This document shows, one piece after another, positions 51,266 to 61,220 of a stretch of DNA of 64,000 bases. Source of the stretch: Candidatus Poribacteria bacterium (lineage in GTDB: Bacteria > Poribacteria > WGA-4E > WGA-3G); contig OZ240248.1 in assembly GCA_965198235.1 (NCBI GenBank), positions 4,672,001 to 4,736,000 of the forward strand. The letters are read 5' to 3'. Under the pieces are notes generated by a model, which saw only the letters and a program-made list of their open reading frames with translations, did not search any database and had not been told where the DNA came from. A program made the position numbers and the translations under genes. Every line of letters begins with the position of its first letter. The stretch's first letter is position 1.

Positions 51266-53541
51266 GGAATATCAATAGGCACAATCCAACCTTTCGTTAA
51301 CGCCGGTTTATAAGCATTATCGCGCAAATAATCCGAGGTCTGCCACAGGCAGAGATGCTTACCGTCTGGCATCCAGACGACCGATGTCAGCTTCATCGGA
51401 ATGCGAGCAATAGGAAATTTCTTACCGCTCTCAAGGTCATAAACCCAGACCTTCCAGCGGATGCCCGCACAGTCTTCACGTTCCATATATGCTAACTGTT
51501 TACCTGTTGGCGACCATGCGGGTGAGGTGTGTTTCAAAATCTGACTCTGCGTCAAAGTGGACACCGTCTCTGATACGTGCAGCTGCTTATCGAGCAGCTG
51601 CCCCGGACGGTTACTGCCGGACAAGACATAAGCCAGCTGGGTTCCATCTGCCGACCAGTTCACTTGATGAACCTGTTGATGCTGCGTCAGGATCCCTTTT
51701 ATGTGCTGCCCTTCTATGTCTTGGATGCGGATGCCAACATATTTTGAATTGTTTACACCGAAAGCAACACGGGTGCCATCAGGTGCCCAAGATGGTGCAG
51801 ACAGATAGGTATAGGTACGCTGCCGGCGTTCAATTGGTACACGGGCAATAGCACCTAAACCGCTACCATCACTATTGATTCGGTAGACGATGTCCAGTCT
51901 CCCAGTTTGAGAAAAGGCGCGTCTTCTGAACACCAAACGGTTCGATGTCGGTGAAAAGGCAGGTCCATCTCCACGAACTAACTGTTTGATCCGTCCGAAT
52001 TTCCAATCGACTGTGTAAATAAAGCGTTCACCCTTTTCGTCAACTTCAAAAGCAACAAGCCTACTGTCAAGCGACCAAGAGACATGCGGATTGTAAAAGT
52101 CTCCGGTGTAGAACTTTCGTGCCCGTTCCCCCTTCCGATCCATAATCCACAGTTCATTTGCACGCCAATATCTGCCACCCAAATCTTCTCTCTTTAAAAA
52201 TGCGATGAGCTCCCCGTCCGGACTCCAGCGCGGAAACTCAGCACCTTCAATTAATTGCACCCTATACGGATCCGTAATCGAGTGATCTTCCTTACGACAG
52301 AAAGCCGTATTGAACATGATACCGTCTATCTCTTTGAACTCACCGAAGGCGAACTTGTTCATCCACCCTTGTACACCGTTGGGGAGTTCAACTTCATACC
52401 ATCCGTCCGAAACTCGTACAATCGGCAAATGCACTCCATCGTTGAGTTGTAACAACACGGATGTCCCTTCGCTGATGGCGGTTGTACCCCCGTCCTTTCT
52501 TGTATAAACCGGTGCCGCGTCATGTGCCACAGTCCCTTGTCGTCGAGTCTCCGTCGCGCGATTCCTGCTGGCGAGGTTTGCAACCTCGCTTGCGTTTGTA
52601 AAGGCGTAGACGTTGCCATCACCAGATGCAGCATAGAGAACGCCATCGGAGATTGCAGGGGCAGCGTCCACAAAACCACCGAGTTGATATGTCCAAGTTT
52701 CAGTCTTGGATGCTACATCAAACGCGTGGAGTTGTCCATCACGGGCACCGATATAGACGATGCCATTCGCCGTCACAGGATAACTCTCGCTTCCACCTGT
52801 GTAACCTCGCCACAAGTCGGCGTTGTGTTCTGGAAAGATAGGACGGAACACCCCATTAGCACATCCATATTCAATACCGTGGATGCGAATTTTCCGCTCA
52901 CGCATTGCTTCAAGAGTGCCTGTCCGCGCATTCAGCAGATAGATTTTTGAAGGAAACGCACCGATGTAAACCCTATTGTCCAAAACAATCGGCGGCGCGT
53001 CCATCCAACTTTTCGATTTGAACTCCCACAGTTTTTCACCTGTTTTTGCATCTAACGCGTAAACTTTGTTGTTCCTCGCGCTAAAGTAGACGCTATCTGC
53101 CAGGACCGTCGCAGAGTAACGGATAGCGTCCCCGGCATCAAAAACCCACCTGATACCCCACTGCTTCGCATCCAGTGCATACAACTTGCCATCGGTCGAT
53201 CCGATATACAAAATCCCATTCGCAATCACTGGTGAAGCATGGAGCGGTCCACCGGTTTTGAATTTCCACAGCAGTTCCAACGGTGGTGTAACGCTTTTGT
53301 CAGGACTCACCCCAGAAAAGCCAAGATTGTGCATGAACATGTGCCAATCTTCAGCACGAGGAGGCGGGACAGGTTCTGTTGCTTCAGGGGCTGCTGGCTG
53401 CTGTGCTGTCGGTTGCTGCGTCTGCTTTTTCTGTTGTGAATCGCATCCCCACACAAGGAGGAGTACAAGTAGGACTAAGAACTTTTTGGCACAGTTCGCA
53501 AGCGAAAATTTATTATAGAAAAGTCTATTCCAGAGATACAC
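51262..53541 (-). CDS. Lipoprotein: PQQ/BamB-like propeller + SH3-like + TolB/PD40 propeller
   Basis: Lipobox VWGC; repeats LYIGSTDGKLYALD; DGWYEVELPNGVQGW; WSPDG/WAPDG repeats. Confidence 0.85.
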   Translation of the reverse strand: MYLWNRLFYNKFSLANCAKKFLVLLVLLLVWGCDSQQKKQTQQPTAQQPAAPEATEPVPPPRAEDWHMFMHNLGFSGVSPDKSVTPPLELLWKFKTGGPLHASPVIANGILYIGSTDGKLYALDAKQWGIRWVFDAGDAIRYSATVLADSVYFSARNNKVYALDAKTGEKLWEFKSKSWMDAPPIVLDNRVYIGAFPSKIYLLNARTGTLEAMRERKIRIHGIEYGCANGVFRPIFPEHNADLWRGYTGGSESYPVTANGIVYIGARDGQLHAFDVASKTETWTYQLGGFVDAAPAISDGVLYAASGDGNVYAFTNASEVANLASRNRATETRRQGTVAHDAAPVYTRKDGGTTAISEGTSVLLQLNDGVHLPIVRVSDGWYEVELPNGVQGWMNKFAFGEFKEIDGIMFNTAFCRKEDHSITDPYRVQLIEGAEFPRWSPDGELIAFLKREDLGGRYWRANELWIMDRKGERARKFYTGDFYNPHVSWSLDSRLVAFEVDEKGERFIYTVDWKFGRIKQLVRGDGPAFSPTSNRLVFRRRAFSQTGRLDIVYRINSDGSGLGAIARVPIERRQRTYTYLSAPSWAPDGTRVAFGVNNSKYVGIRIQDIEGQHIKGILTQHQQVHQVNWSADGTQLAYVLSGSNRPGQLLDKQLHVSETVSTLTQSQILKHTSPAWSPTGKQLAYMEREDCAGIRWKVWVYDLESGKKFPIARIPMKLTSVVWMPDGKHLCLWQTSDYLRDNAYKPALTKGWIVPIDIP
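52567..52590 (+). repeat. REP-like palindrome inside the PQQ/TolB gene linker
   Basis: GCTG-GCGAGGTT-TGC-AACCTCGC, the same arms as the intergenic copy at 12595. Confidence 0.65.
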
Positions 53542-53606
53542 ATCGACCCTTTCGTTAAGACCTTAGATTAGGGATTGAGGCTATGGGAAAACCATTGAGA
53601 CATTTC

Positions 53607-53635
53607 ATTATCTATTAAGTTAGCATATTAGTCAA
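53607..53635 (-). promoter_or_regulatory. Hybrid promoter formed at the IS right end
   Basis: Minus strand TTGACT (TTGAC from element end)-17 nt-GATAAT, upstream of the PQQ/TolB gene. Confidence 0.55.
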
Positions 53636-53645
53636 CTACCCAAGC

Positions 53646-54500
53646 CTAAAGACTTGGGAAACCTGCGATAGCACTAAACAGTGTTAGCTGTGTTGCTTTC
53701 TGCAAGTCCAAGTTTTCTGCTTCGTTCTTGTTTCTCGTTTCACAGAGGGTGGCAACCCACCGCTCTCCACGAAGGGCCGTAGCAGCCCTAATAAGTATAT
53801 TTAGCGCAGCGTTCTGATCCCGGTCAAGAGAGAATCCACAATAACCGCAGTTAAAGGTCCGTATCGCCAGCGAAAGTTTCTTTGGCGACTTTAAACCACA
53901 ACAGGAACAGGTTTGCGAGGTATCTTTGGGATTCACTTGATGGAAGTGCAAACCGTCTCTTTCGGCTATGTCTGCACACCACTTAAAGAATTTGCCCCAA
54001 GACGCATCGCTGATGCTCTTGCTGAGGTGTGTGTTCTGAACCATATTGGATATGCCCAAATCTTCAGCGACAAGGACATTGTTTTTCAGGTGATGATAGA
54101 GTTTGTAAACGAGTTTGCCGATAAAGTCTTTGCGTTTGTGGGTTGTCCGTTCCTGGTGTAGTGCCGTTGCATGCACGGCTTTCTGCCAGCGATGACTCCC
54201 TTTTTTCGCGTCTCCGTTCTTACATCGTCTACGGAAGTTACCAAATGCTTTATCCACGCGGGCTAAAATATGATTCTGAAAGTCTTGGGGCACTTCGCGA
54301 TAGTCGGCATATTTACGACGCGCTTGGGTCAACAACTTCTGCTGCTCCTTGCGAGAGACAAAGACACCTTCTTCTTCGTAAGCACGGACACGGTTGAAAC
54401 GTGCTGAATTCTGAAGATCGCAAAGATGGTCAAACCACATCAAAAAAGTTTGTGCTTCTGCTTGCGTCGGAGATAACCGATATTTATATGTGAGATTCAT
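53646..54500 (-). pseudogene. tnpB: TnpB with in-frame internal deletion (lacks RuvC-I)
   Basis: TYKYRLSP HTH, AEDL, TSQTCSCC...CGYC, DRDQNAALNI; no GIDxG; GDAKKG joined directly to SHRWQK. Confidence 0.85.
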
Positions 54501-54596
54501 GGTATATCAGGTATCAGGTGTTTATCCCCTAATGAGTGGGAGGCAAGCACGCCACCAAGGGGTAACGCTCATTATGCTTGCCAACCTGATACTTTA

Positions 54597-54625
54597 ATTA
54601 TACGACAATTTCAGACAAAAATCAA
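54597..54625 (-). promoter_or_regulatory. sigma70 promoter of tnpB
   Basis: Minus strand TTGATT-17 nt-TATAAT. Confidence 0.7.
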
Positions 54626-54859
54626 GTTCATTTTTCAAATAACGCTTTGGCAAAACATACAAGAGCGGTTTTTCCTCCCAAACCTAAAGGATTGGGATTC
54701 CAAAACCGACTATACCCTTGAAGCGTGTGCAACTGAAATACGGTCTGCCTGATAGCCCTTCTGCGGTTTGAAGAAGACAGAATGCTGAAAACTATAGAAT
54801 TATCAAAGTATGTAGACGGGTGGAAGGGCATCTGTTGTAGGTGTCCATAAACGCCCATT

Positions 54860-54902
54860 GCTGGTGAGGTCTCCTCGGGAAACACTTAAGCAAAACACCT
54901 CG
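54860..54902 (+). repeat. REP-like element with GGGAAACAC..AAGCAAAA insert
   Basis: GCTGGTGAGGTCTCCTC-GGGAAACACTTAAGCAAAAC-ACCTCG. Confidence 0.6.
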
Positions 54903-55244
54903 TCCTCCGCTTCGTATAGATAATTGTAGGTTTTACCATAAATAACTTTACCGAATTTTTATAACCTTCGTATTTCCTGAAGAAAATCGAATCGGTTTGC
55001 AACAAAAAATAAAAAGATGAAGCGTACATCTCCCAACTTTTATATCTTTTCGTGAAACTTTTCGTGAAACGAAATTACATCAGGTTCTAATGAAAAGCGG
55101 ATGCTTGAAGACTACAAAGAATCAGTTTTTCTCAAACGCTACGAAAGTTAGAAAAATTTGAATTTGCGGTAAAACTGTGTTAAAATTATACTTCTACAGT
55201 ACAACACCATTTTATTTTATTTATATTGTAAGCGGTGAAGGAAA

Positions 55245-56531
55245 ATGAACACGTCAAAGTCTCGCAATCCGAGAATTGCTTTCAAGTTAGGTGAAGTCGA
55301 CCCACAGATTGTTGAAATCACCGCCAAAGACCTGAAACGTCAGCAAGATTCTCTCATGCTGATCCCATCCGAGAACTACGCCAGTCGTGCCGTTATGGAA
55401 ATCCAGAGCAGCATTCTCGCCAATAAATACGCCGAGGGCTATCCGGGTGAGCGTTACTATAACGGATGCCAGTTTATGGACGCTGTTGAATCGCTCGCGA
55501 TTGAACGCGCGAAAGCACTCTTCGGCGTTGAACATGTCAACGTCCAACCTCACGCTGGCAGCCAAGCCAATATGGCAGTTTACCATGCGTTGCTTGAGCC
55601 TGGGGACACTATTTTATCCATGTCTCTCAGCCACGGTGGGCATCTCAGCCACGGCGATGCTGTCAACTTTTCTGGACGTTATTATAATATCGTTACATAC
55701 GGGGTGAATGCCGAAACTGAGCGAATCGACATGGAAGGGATCGCACGCCTCGCCGCGGAGCATCGTCCGAGACTCATCGTTGTCGGCGCGACAGCCTATC
55801 CTCGGCACTTCGACTTTGCCGCATGGCGACAGGTTGCTGATTCCGTAGGTGCCTATCTGCTCGCAGATATAGCCCATATTGCCGGGCTTATCGCCGGTGG
55901 TGCACACCCGGATCCTGTTCCGTACAGTGATGTGATAACGACGACAACACACAAGACCTTACGGGGTCCCCGCGGTGCGATGATTATGTGTAGAGCCGAA
56001 TATGCAGACAAGATTGACCGCGCCGTGTTTCCGGGCTTACAAGGTGGTCCCTTCCTTCATACAATCGCTGCCAGAGCTGTTGCGTTCAAGGAGGCAAGTG
56101 AACCCGCTTTTAAGACATATCAGGCACAGATTGTTAAAAATGCTAAGGCACTCGCTGCACGATTAATTGAAAACGGTTTCCGATTGGTGAGCGGTGGCAC
56201 CGACAATCATCTGATGCTGATAGATATCACCTCCAAATATGAGAAACTTAGTGGACGACAAGCCGCCGATCATTTGGAAGATGCCGGAATTATTGTAAAT
56301 AAAAATACCATTCCTTTCGACAAGCGGAAACCGAGAACGACAAGTGGTCTACGCCTCGGGACACCGATGATTACGACGCGCGGGATGACAGAGGATGAGA
56401 TGGTCCTCGTCGCCGATTTCATCGCAGAAACGCTTGAAAATAGGCAGAAAGCCTCTATCAAACGGCAAATCCGAGGGAAAGTTAAGGAACTCTGTACGCA
56501 ATTCCCAATTTATGAATACCTAAATTCGTAA
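55245..56531 (+). CDS. glyA: Serine hydroxymethyltransferase
   Basis: [16 protein letters not shown] and [12 protein letters not shown]. Confidence 0.98.
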   Translation: MNTSKSRNPRIAFKLGEVDPQIVEITAKDLKRQQDSLMLIPSENYASRAVMEIQSSILANKYAEGYPGERYYNGCQFMDAVESLAIERAKALFGVEHVNVQPHAGSQANMAVYHALLEPGDTILSMSLSHGGHLSHGDAVNFSGRYYNIVTYGVNAETERIDMEGIARLAAEHRPRLIVVGATAYPRHFDFAAWRQVADSVGAYLLADIAHIAGLIAGGAHPDPVPYSDVITTTTHKTLRGPRGAMIMCRAEYADKIDRAVFPGLQGGPFLHTIAARAVAFKEASEPAFKTYQAQIVKNAKALAARLIENGFRLVSGGTDNHLMLIDITSKYEKLSGRQAADHLEDAGIIVNKNTIPFDKRKPRTTSGLRLGTPMITTRGMTEDEMVLVADFIAETLENRQKASIKRQIRGKVKELCTQFPIYEYLNS

Positions 56532-56540
56532 GCGGACATC

Positions 56541-57962
56541 GTGTGTCTGAACGGGAGCAGCAGCGAAAAATTGGATTACAAAGCGGCACTCGCCTATATT
56601 GAAGGGTTTATTGACTATGAAAGAAGTCCTGATTTTTCACGGCAGGCGCGGCTCTATAATTTGGACAGGATCTCCTTATTGCTGGAGCTGCTCGGTAATC
56701 CACACGATAGACTGCAGGTTGTCCATATCGCAGGGAGCAAAGGGAAAGGCTCCACTGCTGCCCTTATAGCATCGGTGCTTACGCATGCCGGCTATAAAAC
56801 CGGTTTGTTTACATCTCCGCATCTCATTACACCGCGAGAACGGTGTCGTATTGATGGAGATTTAATCTCAGAAGCAGATGTTGCTATTTATGTTGAGAAA
56901 CTCAAGCCGGCAATTGAGGCTGTTTCCGCTTCTGAGTTCGGACGTGTCTCATTTTTTGAAATATACACCGCGCTTGCTTTTTTCTATTTTGCCGACAACG
57001 GAACAGACTTTGCTGTTATCGAGGTCGGCTTGGGTGGTAGGCTCGATGCGACGAACGTTGTTACACCAGTCGTGACTGTTATTACACCGATCGGCTTAGA
57101 ACATACCGCGATATTGGGGGAAACATATACCGAAATAGCGGGCGAGAAAGCCGAAATCATTAAACAGGAATGTCCCGTGGCACTTGCACCACAGCACCCG
57201 GAAGCGCGAGCAGTGTTTGAGAAAGTGGCGAGCGAGCGCAAGGCACCGATTGTTGAACTCAAAGTCCTTGACGCAGCTTGCAAGCCAATCTCTCGAGGGG
57301 CAGGACAAGACTCGTGTGTATCAGACCCGCGTCTCATTCAAAATGTCGATGGTTTACCTATAGCACAGCGATTTGACGTGGAAACGGATTCGGAGAGTTA
57401 TCCGCAGCTCACTATGCCGCTCCTTGGACACCATCAGTTTATAAACGCGACAACTGCTGTTGCAGCGATTGAGTGCCTGAAACAAGAAGGATACATAGTT
57501 CCGAAAGTTAGTGTTTATGCCGGATTTAAGAACGTGCAGTGGCACGGTCGGATCCAACGAATTAGGTCCTCGCCAATCGTTGTCCTTGATGGCGCGCACT
57601 CCTCTGCCTCAATGGAGGTACTCTGCTGCACTCTCCGTCAGAGTTTTCGTTACAGTCGGGTGATTTTTATCGTTAGTTTAATGAAAGATAAGAATCTTAC
57701 AGCAATTGGCAATGTTATTTCACAAACAGCAGATTTCGTGATTGCTACACAAGTTCTTAACAATCCGCGTGTGATGCCCGCTGAGGAGTTACAAAGTGCT
57801 TGGGAGAAGATGTGTAGGAAAATTACCGCGTGTCCAACGCCGGAAGAAGCAATCACAAAGGCGTTATCCGACGCATCACCGACAGATTTAATCTGTGTTA
57901 CAGGTTCGCTCTATCTCGTCGGTCAGGCGTTGGAATGTTTTTCGGTTCTCGATAGCCAATAG
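56541..57962 (+). CDS. folC: Folylpolyglutamate synthase/dihydrofolate synthase
   Basis: HIAGSKGKGST, TSPHL, EVGLGGRLDATN, LDGAH and TGSLY. Confidence 0.95.
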   Translation: MCLNGSSSEKLDYKAALAYIEGFIDYERSPDFSRQARLYNLDRISLLLELLGNPHDRLQVVHIAGSKGKGSTAALIASVLTHAGYKTGLFTSPHLITPRERCRIDGDLISEADVAIYVEKLKPAIEAVSASEFGRVSFFEIYTALAFFYFADNGTDFAVIEVGLGGRLDATNVVTPVVTVITPIGLEHTAILGETYTEIAGEKAEIIKQECPVALAPQHPEARAVFEKVASERKAPIVELKVLDAACKPISRGAGQDSCVSDPRLIQNVDGLPIAQRFDVETDSESYPQLTMPLLGHHQFINATTAVAAIECLKQEGYIVPKVSVYAGFKNVQWHGRIQRIRSSPIVVLDGAHSSASMEVLCCTLRQSFRYSRVIFIVSLMKDKNLTAIGNVISQTADFVIATQVLNNPRVMPAEELQSAWEKMCRKITACPTPEEAITKALSDASPTDLICVTGSLYLVGQALECFSVLDSQ

Positions 57963-58150
57963 GAAATCATTTCTTGTTGGGACTGTGATATAGTGCCAAT
58001 CGTTAAAATAACGTAATTGACTCAGATAACGGTATAAAATGTAACAAAAACCGGTTTTGGACAGAGGTCCCCACCTGTTACTGTGGACAGATTCGACAAA
58101 ACCGAGCAGAAACCCAATCGTTAAAAAAATAAAAAAAAGAGAGGTTTTTA

Positions 58151-60508
58151 ATGCGTGATATTGCTTGCAAGCGACGGTGGCTAAATTGGAAGACATTTCT
58201 GATATCTCTGCCCGTTCTAAATTTAGCCACCGTGGCTTTTGCCCAAACAGACTCCGCTCCGACTGTGCCGCCGGTGTGGTGGATTGCCCCGGTTGGTGCC
58301 CTCATCGCTTTAGGTTTTGCGTACCACTTCTACCGCGGTGTGATGAAGCAGGACGAGGGCAACGAAACAATGCGCGACATCGCACAATCCGTGCGTGAAG
58401 GCGCGATGGCATATCTCAGGCAACAGTACAAAGTGGTGGGCATCGTTTTTGCCGTGCTCTGTCTCATCTTTATATTCATGGCTTTCGTCCTTAATGCCCA
58501 AAACAGAGTTGTCCCGTTTGCCTTTCTCACAGGGGGCTTTTTCTCAGGACTCTGCGGTTTCCTCGGTATGAAGACGGCAACCAACGCCTCCGCTCGCACT
58601 ACAAGTGCCGCTATGCAAGGCCTCAATGCAGGCTTGAAGGTCGCGTTCCGTGCCGGTGCAGTCATGGGATTGATAGTTGTCGGATTCGCACTCCTTGATA
58701 TTACCGGATGGTTTCTCATCCTTTATTACCTTTTTCCCAAGATATTGCCCGGATTTTTAGAAGTAAACCCACTTCCACAGATTACTGTGATTATGCTTAG
58801 TTTCGGCATGGGTGCCTCAACGCAGGCACTCTTCGCTCGTGTGGGGGGTGGTATCTATACCAAAGCGGCGGATGTTGGCGCGGATCTGGTTGGAAAAGTT
58901 GAAGCCGGACTTTCAGAGGATGACCCGCGTAACCCTGCAGTCATCGCAGATAATGTCGGTGATAACGTCGGCGATGTCGCAGGCATGGGAGCGGATCTTT
59001 ACGAATCCTATGCAGGGTCAATCCTCGCAACGGCTGCCCTCGGTGTCGCAGCTATTGCTGCCAGAGATCACAATGATCTTGCCCTCCAGCTTAAATATCT
59101 TTCAGCACCTATGATTATCGCTGGTATCGGTGTCATTCTTTCCATTTTAGGTATCTATATGGTGCGGACAAAAGAAGGCGCGACAATGAAACAGTTGATG
59201 GGTTCCCTGAACTTCGGCATCAACGGAAGTGCTGTAGGTATCGCGATTGTCTCACTCCCTGTCCTTGTCTATTTGGGACTTCCTAACATGTGGCAGATTT
59301 GGGGGGCAATTATCGCCGGGCTTGTGGCAGGTTTGATTATTGGGAAGGTCACTGAGGTCTTTACCTCTCACGATTATGCGCCGACCCGTGCCATCGCGAA
59401 GCAGGCGCAAACCGGACCCGCAACAGTCATTATTGAAGGCATTGCTGTCGGCATGGAATCAACGGCAATTCCGGTCATAACCATTGTCGTTGCAGTTGCC
59501 ATTAGTTACTACCTCCCCGGCGGGGCAGCCGAGCCGCTGATGGGGCTTTATGGAGTCGGCATTGCCGCTGTCGGTATGCTGGCGACGCTTGGTATTACTC
59601 TCGCCACAGATGCATACGGACCCATCGCAGACAACGCGGGTGGAAACGCCGAAATGGCAAAACTTGATAAAAGTGTCCGAGAAAGGACCGATCAGTTAGA
59701 TGCACTCGGCAACACAACAGCCGCAACCGGCAAAGGGTTTGCTATCGGATCGGCAGCACTGACAGCCCTCGCTCTTTTGGCTGCCTATTTGGAAGAAATT
59801 CGGTACGGATTAATCCACTTAGCACACAAGGACACACTCGTCATACCCGGTGAGGGTAGTATTGATACACTCAAAGTTTCGGTCAGTCAATTTATGGATT
59901 ACTACGATGTTACCCTGATGAACCCAAAAGTCCTCATCGGATTGTTCATCGGGGCAGTGATGGCGTTCTACTTCTGTGCGTTGACGATGAAAGCAGTTGG
60001 ACGTGCCGCGGGGGCTATGGTAGAGGAGGTCCGCCGCCAATTTCGAGAGAAACCCGGTATTATGACAGGCGAAGAGAAACCAGATTACGCGCGATGTGTT
60101 GAAATCTCAACGGTTGGTGCACAACGCGAGATGATCTTTCCATCACTTATCGCTATTGTTGTACCCGTCGCAGTCGGTTTGATTTTTGATGTTGCGGGTG
60201 TATTAGGTTTGCTGGCAGGTGGCTTAGCGACCGGTTTCGTGCTCGCAATTATGATGGCTAACGCTGGTGGCGCGTGGGATAATGCCAAGAAGTTCATTGA
60301 GGAAGGCAAACACAAAGACGAATACGGTGAAAAAGGCTCAGAACCGCATAAAGCCACCGTTGTTGGTGATACTGTCGGAGATCCATTCAAGGACACTTCC
60401 GGTCCGTCGCTTAACATTTTGATTAAGTTGATGTCCATGGTTTCTGTCGTGTTCGCCGGTCTCATTGCGAAATATGGCGGCGTGTTTAGCAGTTGGTTGG
60501 GCATATAA
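58151..60508 (+). CDS. hppA: Membrane pyrophosphatase, K+-dependent type (probably Na+-translocating)
   Basis: DVGADLVGKVE, DNVGDNVGD, GNTTAA (Ala = K+-dependent) and GDTVGDPFKD. Confidence 0.95.
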   Translation: MRDIACKRRWLNWKTFLISLPVLNLATVAFAQTDSAPTVPPVWWIAPVGALIALGFAYHFYRGVMKQDEGNETMRDIAQSVREGAMAYLRQQYKVVGIVFAVLCLIFIFMAFVLNAQNRVVPFAFLTGGFFSGLCGFLGMKTATNASARTTSAAMQGLNAGLKVAFRAGAVMGLIVVGFALLDITGWFLILYYLFPKILPGFLEVNPLPQITVIMLSFGMGASTQALFARVGGGIYTKAADVGADLVGKVEAGLSEDDPRNPAVIADNVGDNVGDVAGMGADLYESYAGSILATAALGVAAIAARDHNDLALQLKYLSAPMIIAGIGVILSILGIYMVRTKEGATMKQLMGSLNFGINGSAVGIAIVSLPVLVYLGLPNMWQIWGAIIAGLVAGLIIGKVTEVFTSHDYAPTRAIAKQAQTGPATVIIEGIAVGMESTAIPVITIVVAVAISYYLPGGAAEPLMGLYGVGIAAVGMLATLGITLATDAYGPIADNAGGNAEMAKLDKSVRERTDQLDALGNTTAATGKGFAIGSAALTALALLAAYLEEIRYGLIHLAHKDTLVIPGEGSIDTLKVSVSQFMDYYDVTLMNPKVLIGLFIGAVMAFYFCALTMKAVGRAAGAMVEEVRRQFREKPGIMTGEEKPDYARCVEISTVGAQREMIFPSLIAIVVPVAVGLIFDVAGVLGLLAGGLATGFVLAIMMANAGGAWDNAKKFIEEGKHKDEYGEKGSEPHKATVVGDTVGDPFKDTSGPSLNILIKLMSMVSVVFAGLIAKYGGVFSSWLGI

Positions 60509-60606
60509 TCATACTGGCGCGACACCAAGTGAATGTCAATAGACTTTGTGCACCAATTGACTTTTGTAGGCTCGCTTTGTGAACGCTATCGAAAAGGAAC
60601 GTAAAT

Positions 60607-61128
60607 GTGAAGTTAAAAAACTCCATCGGATTCACCTTGGTGATTCTCATCTTCTTCGCGATGGGGTGTGAAAAGGCACTAAACGAGATTGTAACGAAAT
60701 CCGACGATGCGACCTCACCCGCTTCTGCTATTGATGGTGAAACAGGCAAAAAACCGGGATCGGAAAGTGTTGTCATTAGCGGTAGTACCGAGAAATTCGG
60801 AGCCGATAGATATGTCCTGAACGGTGCCAGAATAACAGACGATACACTGACCATCAACGTATCCTATGGCGGTGGATGTGAAACCCATCAACTCACCCTT
60901 ATTGCCTCGGACTCGTTTCTTGAGTCATTTCCAGTACAATTACGCATGACCCTTGCCCACGACGCAAACAACGACTTGTGCAGGGCGTGGTTGACTGAGG
61001 ATTATCACTTCGATCTTACGCCGATCAAGACAATGTATCAGAAGGCTTATCGACAAGCAGCGGGCACCATCATTTTACGACTCAAAGATGCTCCGGATGG
61101 AGAACTCGTCTACGAATTTGCAATGTAG
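60607..61128 (+). CDS. Hypothetical lipoprotein
   Basis: Lipobox AMGC; SYGGGC...ESFPVQ...HDANND.C. Confidence 0.7.
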   Translation: MKLKNSIGFTLVILIFFAMGCEKALNEIVTKSDDATSPASAIDGETGKKPGSESVVISGSTEKFGADRYVLNGARITDDTLTINVSYGGGCETHQLTLIASDSFLESFPVQLRMTLAHDANNDLCRAWLTEDYHFDLTPIKTMYQKAYRQAAGTIILRLKDAPDGELVYEFAM

Positions 61129-61220
61129 TTGCCAATTCTAAATTTCGGCGTTGTAGGGAAATCAATTTACCTTGCGGCTGCCTTCTGCTCGTTTATCAAT
61201 TTGTAGGAGAACACAGACAG

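Larger units (their letters stand above)
53631..54717 (-). mobile_element. Non-autonomous IS605/IS1341-type TnpB element
   Basis: RE CCCAAGTCTTTAGGCTTGGG-TAG-TTGAC; LE GAAT-CCCAATCCTTTAGGTTTGGG preceded by target TTCAA (54722-54718); no tnpA. Confidence 0.8.

Noticed and set aside
53646-54500. TldR-like domesticated RNA-guided repressor
   Set aside because: The large deletion removes scaffold domains rather than only catalytic residues, and the transposon ends remain, so decay is the simpler explanation.
54905-55244. ZTP/THF riboswitch before glyA; 12-mer tandem CTTTTCGTGAAA at 55046-55069
   Set aside because: No riboswitch consensus is visible; a two-copy repeat is too weak to call.
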